Assembly (NCBI GenBank): GCA_965153285.1
Contig: OZ229111.1
Length of the DNA: 64,000 bases
Reading direction: 5' to 3' (one strand)
Origin: Podarcis tiliguerta
Lineage: Eukaryota
Position 1 is the first letter of the stretch; every line of letters starts with the position of its first letter. Made by a program: the position numbers and the translations under genes. This document shows, one piece after another, positions 12,701 through 27,958 of the stretch. The notes under the pieces are model-generated. The model made no database searches. It was not told the origin of the DNA and worked only from the letters and a program-made list of their open reading frames with translations.

Positions 12701-15700
12701 CTTTTGTTCAAAGTTGCTTCTGGGTAGATCAAGCAATTAATAGCCAATGAAGTCATCTTAAGAATGGAGTGTTCCTGTGGGCAGCACACACAATGATAAA
12801 AAGTTGACAGTCAGGGTTCCCCCCCAAGGCTGGCTTCCTCTGCAGCTTTGATGGATGACTGAAGGGGCTAAAGATCCATAGAAAGATGAAGAATATTTTT
12901 TGAAAAGATGCCCCGTGAAGTTGTCGTAGTATGCACTTTGGCTGAGGTCGCAAACATGCTAGATATTTCTCAGTAGGAGAGGATGAGAAGCAAGCCTTTG
13001 AATCCTGGCAAACCTCTTTTTGACTCTTTAAGTCCAAAAACTTATCCATTATTGCTCAGAAACCTGGCCCAGCCATCCGGGCTCCATGGTTAACAAAATA
13101 TTTGATTTGATTGCAATGATTTAAGCGAGAGAGTGGGGGACGGGGGGGGGGGGCATTTCCCTGTGGAAGTGTGAGGTTCGCTCTTTTGCTAGCTACAGCA
13201 GTGGAAAGGAATTTGTTGAAACAACATGACACATCTCAGTGTGAATTAGAGCACCGGGAGTGGTGGTGGAGAGAACATTAGGGGAACTAGAATATGAGGT
13301 GGTGATTAGTGTCAGTGCTGTTTTCTTTGTGACAGGATTGATGTTTGGTGCTGCCACTCAGTTTTCCCAGGTTTGAAATTTAGTTCGAACGTTTCATCAG
13401 TGTTTCCTTTGCCTCCTTCACCCCCCTTTCACGGTTTGGGTTCTCTAAAATGAGAGAGAAAACACAAGCAAAAACTGCTTATTTGGTATGGGTGTTGGAC
13501 TTGGGGGGGGCTCGGATTTTGCACTTTATGGAGTGGACCACAAGAAATAATGCACTCTCTTAATGGCTTACACTTATTCTGAGTTGAAAGGGACGTAAAG
13601 CAGCAACCTCAGATCTTGTGATCAGTCTGGGGCTGTTTCCACATTTTTCGCTCCGTACTTCACCCCATCAACATGAAACAAAACAAAACCCAGAACTTAA
13701 AGGGGCTCCAGGGGGTGTTACTGTAGAACAACTGGCTATCTAAAGAAGACCTAGCTGTGGGGATAACCCCATTCAGTCAGAGGCAGTTGAAGAAACGGAA
13801 GCAGTGTGTTTTATCACTACTGCTCAGCTGCCATACATGTAGTAACAAAATTGAAGGCTGAAAGGGGTGATTACCTTAATCCTAAGGCACAATTACATTG
13901 CAGCTGGAGTTAGGGATGATTCAATCCATTGTGGTGCCCTGGTTAGGCACCCCTGGGTTAAAGTGTCGTACTGTGACTTGGGAGACCAGGGTTCAAATCC
14001 CCACTAAGCCATGAAATTCACTGGACAGTGTTGGGCCACCCACCAACTCACAGCCTGACCAAACTCATGGGGTTGTTGTGAGCACCTTGGAGGAAAGACA
14101 GGATAAAATAAAAAATGTTGCTCTTTGTGAATGGCTTTGTCAAGAATCATTACTGCATTTTTTGAAGCTCTTTGAGGCTACAGTAATATTTGGAAACAGC
14201 CTCATAAGTGGGTTGTCTGTATCATGGTTCTGAGTATCTGCATTAATATTGTACCTCCTGGAGGGTTGCTGGGGGGGGGGGGGCAGCAACAGTGGTGCAT
14301 GTGTTTTTCTATATGGCCCATCTCATCCAAGTGGCAAATGGATTCAAATGTTGCATCTGCCATGCAGTGTCCCGACCACAGTGAAATTATATTTTGGCAG
14401 AACCATGCCACTGAGCTTGACCTGGAGAGGCAGCAAAGAACACACACATGCACGTACCGCACCACAGGTTCTCTCCCACTCTTTTCCTCAAGCCCAGCAC
14501 TTGATTTTTGAGAAGGGATTTCTATTGGATGTCACAAAGAGTTCGCTTAGAATCATAGCATTGTAGAGTTGGAAAGGGACCCCAGGGGTCATCTAGTCCA
14601 AACCCCTGCAATGCAGGAAAATGCAGGCAGACCATATGGGGATCGAACCCACAACCCCAGCACCATGCTCTAGCCAACTGAGTTAACTGGAGTTGCATCT
14701 TTCTTCTGAGAAATATGTTATGAAGTGCCCTTTTCAGCTGACTGAATTCACACATATTGCCAAACTCCAAGGACTGCTTGGTTCACTTCCCGCTTCCTCC
14801 TCCTCTGTCTGCCCCCTGCGCTTCACAGTCTAGGACTTCTGTAGTTCAGAGGCCAACCAAAGTTGGTCTCAATGTTGGAAATGCCAAATTATGGTTTGTG
14901 CTTCCGGTAAAGTGGGATTACCAGATTTGCAGGACAGCACGATCAGTCATTTGACTTTTCTGACACTGAGGCAAACTGTTGTTTGCCAATAAACCACAGT
15001 CAAAAGTCCTTCACACCATGTAGGAGTAGTCATAAGCTTGAGGGGCTCATTCCTGTTGCACCAAACTGTGGTTTAGCTTTATGTGTGAACACAGCCATTT
15101 TTCTCATGGGTAATATTACTAACTTTCTGGGGATAGTGGGGGTGAGAGAGGAGAAATGTTGATTGTGTTTCACAACTGAAGTAATTTTTCTCAAAATTGG
15201 GTTCTCAGCTGTTGTTGGATTCCAACTCCAATCATCCCTAGCTAGCAGGGCCAGTGGGATGATGGGAGCTGTAGTCCAACAATAGCTGGTGACTCAAGTT
15301 TGAGAGACACTGATCTAAAAAGATAGTCATGTAAGTCCGAGGTCTAAAAATTACCTAGCTTCTTCCTGTGACACGAATGCTCCTTTATATGCTCCTCTTC
15401 CAGTTTTCTCTGCTGCAGCACACAGGACTTAAAGATCTGTCTCACATATACACTCCCAGTGTGGCATTTTCTCCTACAGCAGTTTGGATGATAAATTGTG
15501 CTCTTAAAACTTGGTCACATCCAGTGGAAATACTCTGCTAAGAAGTTTTAGCAGAAATTCGAAACATCTGGAAATGTCTCCAAACCATGTTGTAGGCAAG
15601 TGATAATCCACCATGCAACGACACCCTTCAGGTGCCAACAAGTGCTAAAATATATATTTAAAAACCCTCTCTGCTGAAAATGACCTTTCTGGCAATTGAC

Positions 15701-18700
15701 AACCTCATGAGAGGCTTAGAGTTACATATGTTGGATGTGGTTCTTTGCATTCCAGTGTCTCATAACTTCTGTGATCCCATCCTACGACTTGAATGAAACA
15801 CTCTTTCTTTTGTGTTACCATTCCAGTTTTCATGGATGTTCATTTCCCTCCCTGCCAAAAAATAAAATAAAAATTCTGCTTGTTGCCATTTAATAAGAGC
15901 AACTCCAGTGCACTCTCTTGTTAGCATTACCAGCAAGGACACTTCTATTTCTGTGGTGTTCCTATTCAGGTTATGACCAATTTCTGGCCACATTTGGATG
16001 ATCATATCTATACCTAAGGAAGCCAAGTTATGAGCAAGCCTCTTGCTCACACACCCAGCACCTTTGTTCCTTTTCAGTGAGCCACAATATAAACCAGGAA
16101 GTCTCTAAACTTAGTTTTTGGTTTTTATTCATTCTGGGAAACTCTGGTTACTAGCATTAGAACAAGCCAGGGTATTCAACTATGAATTGAAGTTTGTTTA
16201 ATATCCTGGCTTGTTCCAAGGTTTTCCTGGTTCAGACTTAACAGGAAACTGTAGTTAGTTAGAAGCTTCCTCATTTAATTATAGCTTGTACCAGACGGAG
16301 GGGCAATAAAGGTGGAAAAAGCTCATTCATATCTTGGTTTATTAAACCGATATATGATTGTCTGAACCAGCTCAATGGTTTTTCAGTCTTCATATTACAG
16401 AATCACCTTTGACTGCTGGACACCTTGACTTCTTTGTGCATGTGTTCTATCTGGCTATCAGGTCAAGCCAATTTATAGGTATTTTGTAGCGTTTCAAGCT
16501 ATACCCTGGAAAAGTGAAACAAAGCCAAATGCATTGTCAGCACAGCTACAACAGCAAAGATATACAGTGGCACCTCTGCTTACAAACGTAATTCGTTCCG
16601 GAGGTCCGTTCTTAAGCTGAAACCATTCTTAACCTGAGGTACCACTTTAGCTAATGGGGCCTCCCGCTGCTGCCGCACCGCCGGTGCACAATTTCTGTTC
16701 TCATCCTGAGGTAAAGTTCTTAACCTGAGGTACTACTTCTGGGTTAGCGGCGTCTGTAACCCGAAGTGTTTGTAACCTGAAGTGTTTGTAACCTGAGGTA
16801 CTACTGTACCTTTGACTGTCCCAGTTGTCTGTTGGGCAGTGCCTATTGCAAGTTCACATATGCCCCTAATCTGGATAGCTTTGTCTGGGCAGTTGAGCCT
16901 ATTTACACAAGTAGGTGATATGGGGCTGTGCACAGCGTCCCCACTCACAGTGTCCCCTTCCCTGCCTTACCATGTCCTTGGCCATACTGTTTTGGTTGGG
17001 AATGGCGTGAATAAGGCTTCCATCTGTGTTCACTTGAACACGTGGCACAGTTCAGGCGAACACATGCAAATAGCTGCCTTTATACCTTCTTCACTCTGCA
17101 TGAGACAATTGGAAATGGTGAAGATGTGGCCAGTGCATGGGGTGATTATTGGGACTGGGATGGCATGTGCAGCCCCCTGCCTTCTGCTTGTATTAATATT
17201 TCTTGCATGGGTGTATTTAAAAAGTTTATTATTATTATTATTTAAAAAAATGTTTTTCTTATATATATAGAAGTATGTTTGCTCATCCACCCAAGCCGTT
17301 GTGTGGTTCTAACAGAAAAGGAGGCAAGTCTAACCTCTCCTCCACATTTCTGAGAACATTTAGTTAAAAACACATTTTTCTTTGAACTGTGTGTTCTTTC
17401 CCCATCCATCTCCAACACTAGAGCCAGCATCTTTGTTTCAAAAAGAGAGAAGCAGGCACTTCCTCTCCCCTGGCAGGAAAACGGTGACATTTGAACAAGG
17501 CTTCCCCTCTTTTTCTTCTTCAATGAGTGAGGTTATCAAGGTACCCCACACCAGGACTGGGTTTAGTGCCACCATAGCAATAAGGAGATAGGCACCTGTA
17601 CATCCTTGATTTTGTCCTGGTGTAATTAGGAGAATCCCACACACATGTCCCAAGTCCCCTTACAGGGCCAAGAGATTCACAGCTTAAAATAATTGTACGC
17701 AATAACTTGATCATCCTTTCCCTCCCAATTTTTGTGAGCGCTTGCAGATTATATTTTAAATGTCCCCTATAGCTTCTTGATAGTGCTTTCTGTTTGTCAA
17801 GTACACTGTCAACAACACAGTAAGGGCATTTAAGGAGGTCTTTTTGGTCGCTCTCTAACTAGGAAGCTTCATCAAAGCTCAAGCCCACTAATCTCTCTAA
17901 ACCGTTGAGAACTTTGCATTTTGGCATGCACTATAGTATCTGTTTCTTGTCCCAAGATGAAGCAGTTGGGTGGATTATAAATTTAAATAAATGCTTTCTG
18001 TCAGGCTTCATGAATTAAATTAGTGAATTATGGATCCAGAGAGGAATAATTTTCAGTTGCGCTTTTAAAAAAATATGCATTGAAGTACATCTGAATATTA
18101 GTCTAATGATTTTATTATTAATCTGGTTTTCTCTCCATTGTGTCCATTAGCTTCACTGGGACTTTCTGTGTACTTCTGGCATAGGCTGTTGTGTAAAATT
18201 TGGTTTTCCATTTGTAAGATCCCTTAGGCAGCTTTAACTCATTTAATGACATCCGGTCCAAGTTAGAAATGGTTTTACCTAGAGCTGCTACTAGATTTCA
18301 CCAGAAAGGCAAACATGGAGGTTCCTGTTTGGGTGAAACATTTGAGGAATTTCCACAGAGGCAAACATTTTTAGTGAAGTTGTTGCCTTTTGAATTTCAT
18401 CACTAAAGTGAAATTGCAAGGCAAACATGAAGGTTCCTGTTTAAGAAGGAACATCCAAACAATTTTGAGGGTAGTAAGATTTAAACCGCAATCCTAGCCC
18501 CACTTCCCTGACCATAAACCCCATTGGATTCAATGCATGCTTGGACTTGGGCTTAGAAGTAAGTCCAGGTAGACATAGCTAGGATTGCGTTTTTAGTCTT
18601 ACAATAAGTACTGCACATTCTTAGTTTTATCCTCCCTCTTCTTTTAAATAAAAGAAGCAGGCATGCAGGGTTTGATGATCAGAGATCCTGTTTTGCTTAG

Positions 18701-21700
18701 AGTCTGCTTCCTAGATATTGCAGCGACATTCAATGACACAAAATCTCTTACATCTGCGTTCTGTGACATCTCCTGGTTAAAGCGAGCATTACATTCAGCA
18801 AGAACCTAAGCCAGCTGTGTTGCATTTATGCAGCTTTTGTTTACATGCACCCATGTTCCTGAACTGCTTTGCACGTCCAATGTATTCCTCTTTCCTTTTT
18901 GTCAGATAAACTGTGTGACGTTCCCCCACCCTGACGCAATGCCAGAGCAGCAGTTGCTGAAACCTTCTGAATGGAGCTACTGCGATTATTTCTGGGTAAG
19001 TGAGCAGCCACCCATATGCTCTTTACTGCAGCAACCGGGATTCATACAGTACGTAGCATATTGCTAAAATCTCTGTTAGCAAACATGGTTAAAATCCAAG
19101 CTTGGAAGGAGGTGCATAAGATGTTGGAGAAGTTGTTTCCCCACCTCCACAATCTAATCGCATTGCAGCCATATTACGCAAGACCGGGTGACTACAATGG
19201 GCTCCTATGTTGAGTCATATTCTGGGGCTTGTAACCCCAGAAGCCAGCATCATACAAATCTGGACAGCATGTATGTGCTGAAGCACCATCTTCCTGATTT
19301 GCTGCCATCCCATCTGGTCCTCTACAAATGCATCGTGTTAAAGTGTAGCCCAGGCATAGGCAAACTCGGCCCTCCAGATGTTTTGGGACTACAACTCCCA
19401 TCATCCCTAGCGAACAGGGCCAGTGGTCAAGGATGATGGGATTTGTAGTCTCAAAACGTCTGGAGGGCCGATGCCTGATGTAGCCGTTATTTCCCTTTCT
19501 TATCTTAAGTAGCAAGACCTTTCCAGAAAGGGGGTCTGGGGTCCCCAGGATGCTGGGATGAGCTCTCTTAATAAGCTGATTGTTGATTGGTTGGCCTGGA
19601 GAGCTGGATAGTAATAAGGTAGTAATAAATTGTCTGAGTATGGACTTTAGTTTTGGATTACAGCATACACATCCTTTAACTTTTGTAAAAAAAATGGAGT
19701 AGATAAGTTTTACAGAAATAAGAGAATTCCCTGCAACTTCAAATGTAATGATAACTTTAGAGAATAGTATAAGGAACAAGATGGCCAAACTACGTACGCT
19801 GGACAAAACTCACGAGTAATCATCACCCAAGAACCCACAGCCCAATTGGACTGGAGCCCTGTTCTGTAATAAGTGCTTAGCATAATTCAGCTACAACATG
19901 ATTTGCTTCATTCGGACACAGATGGTTGAAAGGGGAAGGGGAGTTTGCAAATATTATATAAGGGTAGGATGTAGTTTTCCTACACCCAGAATATTTGTGG
20001 TTGAGGGGCAGGTGTGTTGTTGTTTTTTTGTAAACAATAAAATTAGATGATTTAGACTTCCTTGATAAAAAAAATAATGTGGTTGTCTTCACAGAGAATG
20101 AGGGCAGAGGGGAGTTCAATTGAGTTCCATGCATCCGAGGAACCATTTTGTTTTCTCTTTTACATTTCATGTGATATTTCCAAGTGCATGCAAAATGTTA
20201 GATGTACAGCATCAGAATTCTCTTGCACAACTAGAGGTTGACAGAAATGCAAATCTTGCAGCACCCACTGTGCAATATTACCCTGCAGGGATAAAGAAGC
20301 AGTAGGGAAGCAACAAATAAGCGGGGGAGGGGGAGAGTGGATAGAAAAGAGGTAGGAACTGTCCAGGGAGCAAGGCTTGTGTGGTAGGCCAGGAGGTATT
20401 CTGAGTAAGAGTCTGGGGAAGAGAAGCCTATATGCCAGTTTGTAAAAAAAAAATATGTGGCTAGTTCTGACCTTGGTCATTTGTCCCTGCCACAAGCATG
20501 GGTTGTTTTCTCCCCTTATATTAATACTGTCAATTCATATTAACACAGAATCTGCTGCTGTTTAACTACCTGTTTCATATATGCCAGAGCAGCCCCTAGT
20601 GGCAATGATCTGGTATTTGCTGGAAATTCTGCTAGCTCTATTGAAGTTGTCTTTGAAGATCCACTAGCAGCTGTTGTATTTGTTGCATTAGGCAAAAATA
20701 TCCTGAATAGAATTGCCAGCTTGTGACTTGGGGGCGTTTGAGGTAATTCTTAGCCCACTTTCCGATATCTGCTGTGTGCCGGAGCTGCTAAGTGCTTTGG
20801 CACATCTTCTGACGCCTCTAGTGTGGCATATATTCTAACTGCACATTTCCTTTAGACTGATAAGAAGGATCCTCAAGGAAACAGCACCGTCTCGGGATTT
20901 GAAATTCTTCTTCAGAAACAACTGAAAGGAAAGCAAATGCAAAAAGAGATGGCAGAATTTATTCGAGAAAGGTAACTTGGAAATTCACTTCTTCTTTCAT
21001 TGGTTTCTGCCTCCATTAGTGAGACACCTGCTTCCGTTAGTCCCTTAGTAAATAACTTGCTTTTACTTAAGCACACACGGTCTTGACAATTTGGAAGGCG
21101 AATACTGGCATGGATGGGTTCCTTGGCCTGTTCTGTCTTGACTACTTTATATTCCTACAGACTACCAGCAGTGTCTTATTCTCACTTTCATAAGCTCATT
21201 TATCTAAAGCTTTGCAAATGGTTTATCCAAACATGAACACACAGCATTTATATTCAGCAAAAGGATCAACAGCTAAAAAGTTTTTCAATCAGCATTTTGT
21301 ATGGGGTTCTGGGCCAAATTCAGCAATTTGTGGCTATGTTAGCACCGTAGAAATGCTCAGTTTTAGAAACACATACATACATTTTTGTGAAATTCATGGT
21401 AAAATAGTATATGATATCTGCCCTAGATGTTGTGGTTCACACAAAGAAGATGCTGTATGCCTGCAGAGTTACCTGCCCTCCTTCTCATGCTTTCTGACAT
21501 GCACCTCTGCCCAACACTTGTCCACAAGCTTGTGTCACCGTGGCAGCAACAACACTTCATGCTTATACTGTATCTGTCATAGGTGATTCAAAATAAGTCA
21601 AGTGAGTTAGTGTGTCTTTCTCAATAATAAGATGGTTTGAAATATTCAGTGGCTGCAGTTGTTGTTTTTATGAATTCATGAACAGTAAGAAGCTATTGAA

Positions 21701-24700
21701 GTGATGTACAATAAGGTAATATGGGATAAAATACCAAAGATACTGAGTCTTAAAAATAATGAAGTCATTTTTAAAATTTGTTCAGTCAGTATTCCAGTAA
21801 ACGTTCCAGTAAATGACTGGGTCACACTTCAAGGAAAGTCTTCTTAAATAAGAAGGCAGTGATAGCCACTCAGACATCAAGCAGGTGCCTAATTTCAGCT
21901 GGCAACTACCATATTTTTCGCCCTATAGGATGCACCGTCCCATAAGGCGCACCTAGTTTTTTGGGGGGAAAATAAAGGGGAAAAAATTATTTTCCCCCGA
22001 CCCCAGCCCCCAGAACAAGCAACTCTCCGCAAGCCGCGGGAGCCCACGCCTTGCGGAGAGGTGCGCGAAGTCTGGGAGCGCTGGGCTCAGTGCGCCCAGC
22101 CTTCATCATGCAGGCAACTCTCCGCAAGCAGCGGGAGCCCATGAAGGGGAAATGTGTGTGCGTCCTATGGGGCGAAAAATACGGTAATTCCAGAAGGGTC
22201 AGTTGATGGGTCTGATCCAGTTTCCCAGCCATACAATTCTGTAGCTTGGATCCTATTTTTCCTTCTGTGAAAGGAACAGAATTCACCCTCATGGAATGGG
22301 ACTTTTACATCTTCTGCAGCCTGTACCCATCAAAACCTGCTCCTGGTGATTGGAAATGGTGTGGGAAATGTTGCAAATGGAATAGGGAGACAGTAGAAGT
22401 CCCTTATCATACATGAATGGAGGAGCAACATCTATATGCCCAGAGCTGCTCTTTATAACATTTGTCTATATGCCCGGAGTTGCTCTTCTTAAATGGAAGG
22501 ACTTGAGAGAAGGACCTTAGATCCAGTGAAGTCTTTGCCTGACAGAAGGTGGATTTTCAGAGTTCACAAGGGCTGTATTGGGGGGGGGGGTGAGCAAAAA
22601 TGACCTCCCCTAGTATTTTTCTGCAGGATTGTCCTGTAAACAAACAAACAGAATGCTCAAGAGATCTCTATTTTCATCCCCTGTGTCTCCAGAAATCATA
22701 AAGCTGGGTTGTCGGATTTAAGAAATTCTGGTTGCAACCTAGCAAGGCATTTAATTTTTTCATATTGTTTGATATTAGTACAATCCCTGTATTTACGAAG
22801 GGTCCATTTTAATCTTCACTGTAGAGACTTAGGAATCATAGAAGTACAAATCCTCTTGAGTTCTCTCCACTTCACGATCTTAAGTGACTTTAGCACATCC
22901 GGGGGTGGGAATCTTTCCTCACCCCATCCGGTCTGCCTCTGCTCTGCTAGAACATAGTTTAAATAACTCAAAATATATGCAGGACATGAAAGGAGAAGGC
23001 GCGCGAGAGAAAGATAAACAGTTATTATTTATAGCTGCTCATTATTTATAACTACTCTTAGAAGAAAAAGAGCACTGTTATAAATAGCTTTCCTAATAAT
23101 AATAATAATAGGATGGAGATTTACTTCTCTATGGCTTGCAATGGAGAACTGGAACACTGTGTTCCAAGAGTGGACTTTGCCTGGTCAGAGGACAATGAAG
23201 GCGCCACTACCATTACCCATTTCAATTGGACAGTGGTGAATTGGTAGGAAAACATTATATTGTGCCAGTGGAAAATCTTAAGCATAAGGACAAGTGGGAA
23301 TCCTTTTGACAGAGTATAGATCATCAACAAATCCACACAGCTCTTGAGCACAGAAAGTAACCTTTGGCACAAAATGGCAAATATATAAATATGTGTCCAT
23401 AAATATATTACATAGCCATATCACATATCTTCCATGGAAATGGGAGAGCAGAGGCCATTCACAGCTTTACAAAAGAAACAGTAGTTTACATGGATTGATA
23501 TCGTTCTCACCTCTTCTTGGAAAATGTCTTTATCAAGGGGGAAACTTGGAAAAGCCCCCCAAGCAGTTTTTAACAAATAGTACAACTCTGTTTTTGCTTG
23601 ACACTGAGATGTTTGGTTTGGATTGGTGGGGGGGGGGTTATTAAAAAAACAACACAATAGCAGTTTAGGCACCTGTCTTTTTGTCAGTGTCTTTTCTATG
23701 GGTGTATTTGACCCCCTGCTTGGGGAGACTATTCACTGCTCTCCACAGTGTTGGGGTGTGTGTAGGTATTTCAAATAGATACGATTTTAGCATAGTACAG
23801 AGCTCCACGATTTTAGCATAGTACAGAGCTCCACGATTTTAGCATAGTCCACAGACCAGAGCTGCATCAGCATCCGTAATGTAACAAATGACATCAAGTG
23901 TTTTGGTGCTTTGAAATCCTGAAGTCAGGAAAAAAGCCTTCCTTTAGCAGTTCCTTGTTCTTTGTGAGGTGCTTTGAAGCCCTGACTTTGGCACTTCAAA
24001 GAGCAGCCAAACTGAGAAACCTTGGATGCACTCAGTGCTTTTTTCTGTAGGTACTCAAGGGTACAGAGTATTGGCATCTTTCTTTTTCAAATGTTGTGAA
24101 AAAGTGAAAAAAGCACTGGGTGCACTGGAGAGTTTCCTCAGGGAGGAGTTCTCTCACACATCCAGACCAAGCTGGACTGAGCTCCCCACATATAATCCAA
24201 TGTATGAGGGGTTCACTCCTACTTAGCACTGAGTTTGGATGTACAACAGAGTTTCTTGCAAGGGGTGCCTTTGCCTATGGAAATTTCATGGAGGGGATGG
24301 TATGGCCAGGAGGAAGAGTGGGGGGAGCCTGAGGATTTGGAGCTAAAGGAGTTTGTGAATGATCCAAGTAGGGTGGAATTGGGGTCTCAAGAAGTGTCTG
24401 ATGCCAAGGGAAGGCTAGGAGACCTGGAAGGGGAAGATTCAGACCCTGAGGAAGACCAAGCAGATTGTCAAAGGGCTACTTGTTCATCACACCTTATTTA
24501 TCAGCCTGTTTGTATTGATGGGGCTATGTAGAACAATGGAATATCTCACTATGAGGAGTAGCAGAGAAAGATCCTCTTGCAGGTGGATCCTCTTGCATCA
24601 TAAATACATTTTTTGACTTAAAGAAAACTGAAATCTTGTTTTGGCTTCTGGTAAGAGCTGGACTAGATTCAGCTGTTTTGACGAGTCGGAAAGAGCTGTC

Positions 24701-27700
24701 CAACCTGGTTTCACATACCAGGGAGGTGGAGCTGCTTTGTCCTGTTACACACAACCTATTCTTTCCATCATCATAGATATATGGGGTTGGGGTTGAAGAC
24801 ACAAGAATTGACCTGTATTACCTTGGTGAGGATTTTCAATAATGACTACTCAGCTTGTTGGGTTTTGCACGTTGCGTTATACAATGTGTGAAAACATCTA
24901 GTGTAATGTGAGATACTGTTCTTCTAAATGATATATTTCTGCTGGTGTTCTTCCGTTCTCCAGGATAAAGATTGAGGAAGAATATGCCAAGAACTTGTCC
25001 AAACTATCACAAAACTCATTGGCTGCCCAGGAAGAAGGGTAAGGTCATAGTCTTACCATTGTGAGAGTGGATGAAATCCCATGTAGCTATAAAACCTGTG
25101 CCTTTACTTAAATAATTTCTCCACTCTTTCTTGCTTTCTGTCTGGGATCGACATTGGACCCTGGGCCCATCCTGTCTGGTTTCTTACTTTGGAAATCAGC
25201 ACAAGAATGAAAGGTTGTAATTTGTACTCTGAGGGGGAGGAAGAGGATCAGTTGCTCACCTATCCATTGAAAAAACGAAAAGAAAAAAAGGGTATTGATA
25301 CTTCAGTAATGTGTTAAGTGTTTGGAAGTTAGAAGAGAAAGTAAGGATCCTAGAGAAATGTACCTCTTCTCTTTCCGTGGAAGTTTCAATCCAGCACAGC
25401 TGTATAGCAGGCCAGCTGTCAAGTAGCAGTAAGCCATAGTTAATGGCTTATTGAGACAGAGCAGTGCACACCACCTGATTACTCCTGCTTTGGGCCTCAA
25501 CCAGTGGGAACAACCAGCCATGAATCATTGGCTTGTTGTTAGGTCCAAACTGGGATTGTGTTTTGTTTCTCTTTAATAAACCAGATCAGCAAGCCAACAA
25601 CAAACAATGGCTTTATGTCGAAGAGTAGTCATGGTTTGTTAGAGTGAAACAAACCGCATCTCAGGTGCAGGCTTCATGGCTTGTTTCTCCCACTAGGGGA
25701 CAAGCTGGAGTGGAAGCGATTGGGCAATGTGCTCTAGCACACTGTTCAGTCCAAATGAGCCTTTAACCGTGACTTACTGTTATTTGCAAATGAGGTCAAT
25801 GAGCATATATAATGCAGCCTTTTGATACGTTTCATTTTCTTGCGATGGGGATTTGACCACATGTTTTAAGTCCTTTCCAACTCAGAAATGTGATTCGCAT
25901 TTTATTTTAAGTCTTTGCAGTTCCATCTATTCTAGATTCTCCGTGGCATCTGATGAGGTGGACTCTAGTCTACAAAAATATATCCCAAAATAAATGTTAG
26001 TCTTTAAATAAATTTGTTCATCTAAGGAGTCTCTACAGACCCTTTGATGTTTCTTGCCACAGAGTATAATTGAATCGCAAACATCTGATAACTTAGTTTG
26101 CTCCCTTAACAAATTCCTTGTTCCTTTTAATGTTTGTGTCCTCCTGGAGGAGAGTATATTGATTGCAGGAATTCACAGTTTATTCATTTTCTACTCTGGA
26201 GGACAAGAGGAATTTTAATGGGGCATGCCTGCATACCAAATACTGAATTGGGTTCCTGCTTGGATGCATTCAATTTCTGGTTCCAAAAGAGATGTAGGCA
26301 AAATAATTCCTGCCTTGTACAAATACTTTGGATTTCAGCATGTCCGTCTATAGTATTAAGATGGCTTTCAGACACTAGCAAACTGTCCAGTATCATTTAC
26401 TTACCCTGTATGTTTCTTCTGTTTCAGTGGCTATGGAACTTATTTAATTTTTGTGATATGGGGGGGGGGGACATGTAGCAAGGCAGATTAACTTTCTTTG
26501 TCACCTGGCATTCATTACATTTATATCCTGTCTTTTTCAATGATGAAACTCATGTAAACTTCCAGCTCATTGCCTAAACTGATAGCCATTATGTTATTAT
26601 TCTCTCCACTAGACTAATTCTCACAAGTTATTGGACACTTTGCTTGGAGGAGCTACTAAGAGTTTGGAAGACATGTTTGAAAAGGCTATTAAAAGAAATC
26701 ACATTGTTTATTTTCTGTCACCTGAGAAAATTAATTCAATTCTCTGTGTTGTCATGGGCTCATTTCAATTGTTTGACATTTTGAGGCTTAAGAAACAAAC
26801 AAACAACTCATCCAAACAGCTCCTCATTAGGTAAAACCTTCCTAAATGTAATTGGAGTCTGATGGGAGACACTCTGGATCTAATCAACATTTTATGGCTA
26901 CTCTACATATTATGCTTCAATTTATGGTTAAGCTATCCCTTTTGGTATTTAAAAAGTATCAAATTACACACTCGAATCAGTAGCTGAAGAAGTCATTAGT
27001 TACCTCTGCTGAATTATTATAACTACAAGTAAGAGCACAGGTAGAAAAGTTGCTAGTTTGTCTCAAATGAATGGTAATTATGAGCCTAAACAGCACTAAG
27101 GGATTGTGAGTGTAATTTATTCCAGGGGGTGGATGGGAGAAATGGGATGAGATTTTGCTGAAAATAATTATGCTCATCTTCCTTCCCCCGAATGTGAATC
27201 TGAACATGAGTCTAGAGAGAAAAATTATGTAAGATAATTTACATTTTTTGTCTTTTGAGTTCAGCACTCTGAAATGCCGCTGTTCCCATTATGTGTAGTA
27301 TTTGGAATGCTACTGCTAACAGAAACGTACGTTTGTAATGATGAGAATTGGATGCTAATGAATGAGTAAATTTCTTACCCGTCACATATGTTTCAGGACG
27401 CTTGGAGAGTCTTGGTCTCAGCTGAAGAAAAGCCTGGCTGATGAAGCAGAGGTTCACCTCAAGTTTTCCTCCAAGGTAATCACTTCATAAGGAATCTTCT
27501 GTGTGGGGTTGAGACCAGCAGAACATGTTTTCTGAAAACTGGGGTGCAGTTTTACATAAAAGCTGCATTTGCGGAATTTTCATGGGTAAACTGGACAAGA
27601 TGTCTGGGGAACAGAAGGATCCCAGTGAGTTGCTTTCCCCCAAAATCAGAAGCTATTTAAGCAAATGACTGTTGTGGCCCTCTAATGCTGGATGATAGGA

Positions 27701-27917
27701 AGCTGCTTTCCATCAGGACAGACTGTTGTTTACTCTGGCGGGCAGTGGTCTCTTACATAATCTGTTCTGCGATCCTTTTTTTAAGTGGGGATGCCTAGGT
27801 TTGAACTTTGAACCTTCTGCACTCAAAGCATGTCCTCTGCCATTGATCTGTGGTCCCTTCATTGATTCCTAAGAAAGCACCATTTGCAAACTTTAGGCAT
27901 GAACCAGCCAAAGTTGG

Positions 27918-27958
<41 letters not shown>

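Noticed and set aside
16812-17270. 152-aa hydrophobic ORF
   Set aside because: Non-ATG start, low-complexity AT-rich end, no homology or exon structure.
19192-19806. Longest ORF in the track (204 aa, minus strand)
   Set aside because: Starts at a non-ATG codon, runs through a hAT MITE (19351-19477), lies antisense in a GAS7 intron, and shows no recognisable domain.
23781-23848. 26-bp repeats superficially like a CRISPR array
   Set aside because: Head-to-tail tandem units with no unique spacers, in eukaryotic intronic DNA, with no cas genes.
24235-24531. Acidic 98-aa ORF (EEEWGEPEDLELKE...)
   Set aside because: Non-ATG start in a purine-rich, LTR-like repeat; does not fit the GAS7 exon chain, which is complete without it.
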